Below, one piece after another: positions 62,101 to 64,000 of a stretch of 64,000 nt of DNA. How positions within the stretch are numbered: position 1 is the first letter of the stretch; each line of letters starts with the position of its first letter. The stretch is from Basidiobolus meristosporus CBS 931.73 (taxonomy: Eukaryota > Fungi > Basidiobolomycota). The notes below the pieces were generated by a model that did no database searches, had not been told where the DNA came from, and saw nothing but the letters and a program-made list of their open reading frames with translations. The position numbers and the translations under genes are program-made. Location: positions 62,001-126,000 of the forward strand of contig MCFE01000019.1 in NCBI GenBank assembly GCA_002104905.1, given 5' to 3'.

Positions 62101-63798
62101 AGGACTTGACTATACTGAGACCTTTGCACTGGTAGCCAAGTTTAATTCCATCAGATTAATATTGGCTATTACAGCCAAATATAAGTTTTTTATTCATCAA
62201 ATGGATGTAAAAGCTGCCTTTTTGAATGAGGAACTTGATGAGAACATGTATATGGACCAGCCTGATAGGTTTGTTGACCAAGATAACCCCCATTTGGTCT
62301 GCAAGCTTAAAAAGTCACTATATGGTCTCAAACAATCATCAAGAGCCTGGAATTGCAAGATAGATTCTTATTTGGAATCCCTGAGTTTCAAAAGGAGTAA
62401 TGCTGACTATAGTATATATTATAAGCCAGATAGAGCAAATCCAGTTCTATTAGCTCTATATGTGGATGATCTTATTATAGCTACCAATAACCTAGCAACA
62501 TTGGAAGAGACTAAATCCAGCCTATCTAAAGAGTTTAAGATGTCTGATCTAGGAGAACTCAGTTACTACTTAGGGATTGTGTTCTCCATAGACAGAAGTA
62601 CCCAGACTATCACCCTAAGCCAATCCAAGTATATTCACAATATACTAAAGAAGTACCAAATGGAAGACTGTAAACCAGCAGCTACCCCAATGGAGACAAA
62701 CCTTAACTTGATCAAAACTCAACCAAATCAAGAGAGCTTGGTGCCATCTGAATGCCCTGACTTTCCTTATCAATCTATGATGGCAGTCTGATGTATATTA
62801 TGCTTGGAACATGTCCAGATATCTCATATTCAGTGGGAGTTGTCAGCCAACATAATCAGAACTATGGATCTGATCATATTGCAGCAGTTAAGTGGATTTT
62901 TAGATACCTAAAAGGAACTGCTGATATTGACTTAAGATACACTTATAATGATTCAGAACAGGATCTTGTGGGATACTCTGATGCTGATTGGGGACAAAAT
63001 TTGGAAGACAGAAGATCCACCACAGTATACACCTTTCTTTACTATAAAGGAGCAATTTCATGGAACTCAAGAAAGCAACCAACTGTAGCACTTTCTACCA
63101 CAGAGGCAGAGTACATGGCAGCCTGTGAAGCTACAAAAGAAGCAATGTGGCTAAGAAAGCTCTTTACAGATTTAGGCCTATGTCAAAAAATGCTCATTAA
63201 TTTATTTCAAGATAATCAAGGATGCATACAATTAGGTAGAAATCCAACCTTTCATGCTAGAACCAAGCACATAGATATTAGACATCATTTCATATGTGAA
63301 GCTATAGAGAATAACTTAGTTAGCTTAGTTTACTGTCCTACAGATGAAATGATTGCAGACATATTTACCAAACCATTAGCTAGAGACAAGTTTGAATATT
63401 TTAGGTCAAAATTAGGACTAGTAAGTATGAGCATTTAGCTGAGTGGGAGTGTTGTAAAAGTTTGTATTCCTACCTAAATATGCACCTAACTTAGTCACTT
63501 AGATCATCACCTTCAAATCCTAGAGAATACTGACCAAATTCCTTGTAAGGATTTACTTGGAATATTTTCACCAAAATACCAGGTACCCAGAGCATGAAAA
63601 TTCTCAGAGTTGTCCAAACAGCCCCAATCTTTGCACACATGCTCTTGGGACCTTCCTTAACCTATTCTATGTGTTTGTAATGCCAAGACCATGTAAAAGT
63701 ATAAATACTACTTTTACATTCAATAAATCATTAAGTGAAAACCACATAATCTACTTGTTCTCCCAATCACTTCCAATATCTCCAAGACTCTTACAACA
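59116..63798 (+). mobile_element. Ty1/copia family A element A6, full-length (4683 bp), moderately decayed; TSD GTTGG
   Basis: LTRs 59116-59463 and 63450-63798 (~12-13 differences by eye). GTTGG at 59111-59115 and 63799-63803. PBS GGCTGTGAGCCC 59464-59475, PPT GAGTGGGAG. gag-PR-IN-RT-RH with stops (60026, 61219) and frameshifts. Confidence 0.96.
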
Positions 63799-64000
63799 GT
63801 TGGTATGCCTACATATTGCATCCCATCCACCAGCAGGGTAATTCTGTTAATTAGATTTTCACTTATTCTCCTGACAGCATCTTTGTAGTGAAGAGTTTTT
63901 GTATAAGATACATTCACTTAGCTGCTGACATGGCTGAGAGGTGTCTTCTGATGCCTTCCAGGCATTCTTTACTGTTTTAGCTCTTGAGCATTGAATTAGC
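63799..64000 (-). mobile_element. Family A gag fragment (A7 continuation; runs off window)
   Basis: Minus-strand NLINRITLLVDG; colinear with 34640-34850 and with 58802-59115. Confidence 0.85.

Noticed and set aside
15407-63803. Apparent TSD bias (GGAAA, ATAGC, GCAAA, GGAAG, GATAC, GTTGG: purine first, A/T centre)
   Set aside because: Six sites from three families are too few, and the pattern lacks the symmetry expected of integrase target consensus.
1-64000. rRNA, tRNA, telomeric repeats, Starship captain or Helitron Rep/helicase
   Set aside because: No sequence hallmarks recognised. PBS motifs are tRNA-complementary sites, not tRNA genes.

Overview
Eukaryotic (fungal) genomic DNA with two sharply different halves; an early-diverging fungal lineage is inferred from the 56-66 nt introns and the gene and TE types, not proven. 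Bases 1-~13,400 are a CpG-retaining gene island with three host genes that I can model: a two-exon Pcl/Pho80-type cyclin (+), a ten-exon Sec7+PH Arf-GEF (-, Syt1/EFA6-like) and a single-exon homeobox transcription factor (+). Bases ~13,400-64,000 are a CpG-depleted stack of nested transposons. It contains two Ty1/copia families (A, ~348-bp LTR; B, 369-bp LTR), both with a Ty5/copia-type half-tRNA-iMet PBS (GGTTATGAGCCC); two Ty3/gypsy copies fused tail-to-tail; four decayed CACTA/EnSpm-type DNA transposons carrying a divergently oriented accessory ORF with 206-bp repeats; a piggyBac fragment; solo LTRs with intact 5-bp TSDs; an unclassified 472-bp MITE with a 5-bp TSD; and an unclassified ~2-kb insertion encoding a hydrophobic segment plus 11-aa repeats, open on both strands. 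The youngest element (copia B1, 38178-42864) has LTRs differing at one CpG but carries one frameshift and one in-frame stop. No rRNA, tRNA or CRISPR features were seen. All alignments and counts were done by eye; boundaries marked ~ are approximate.
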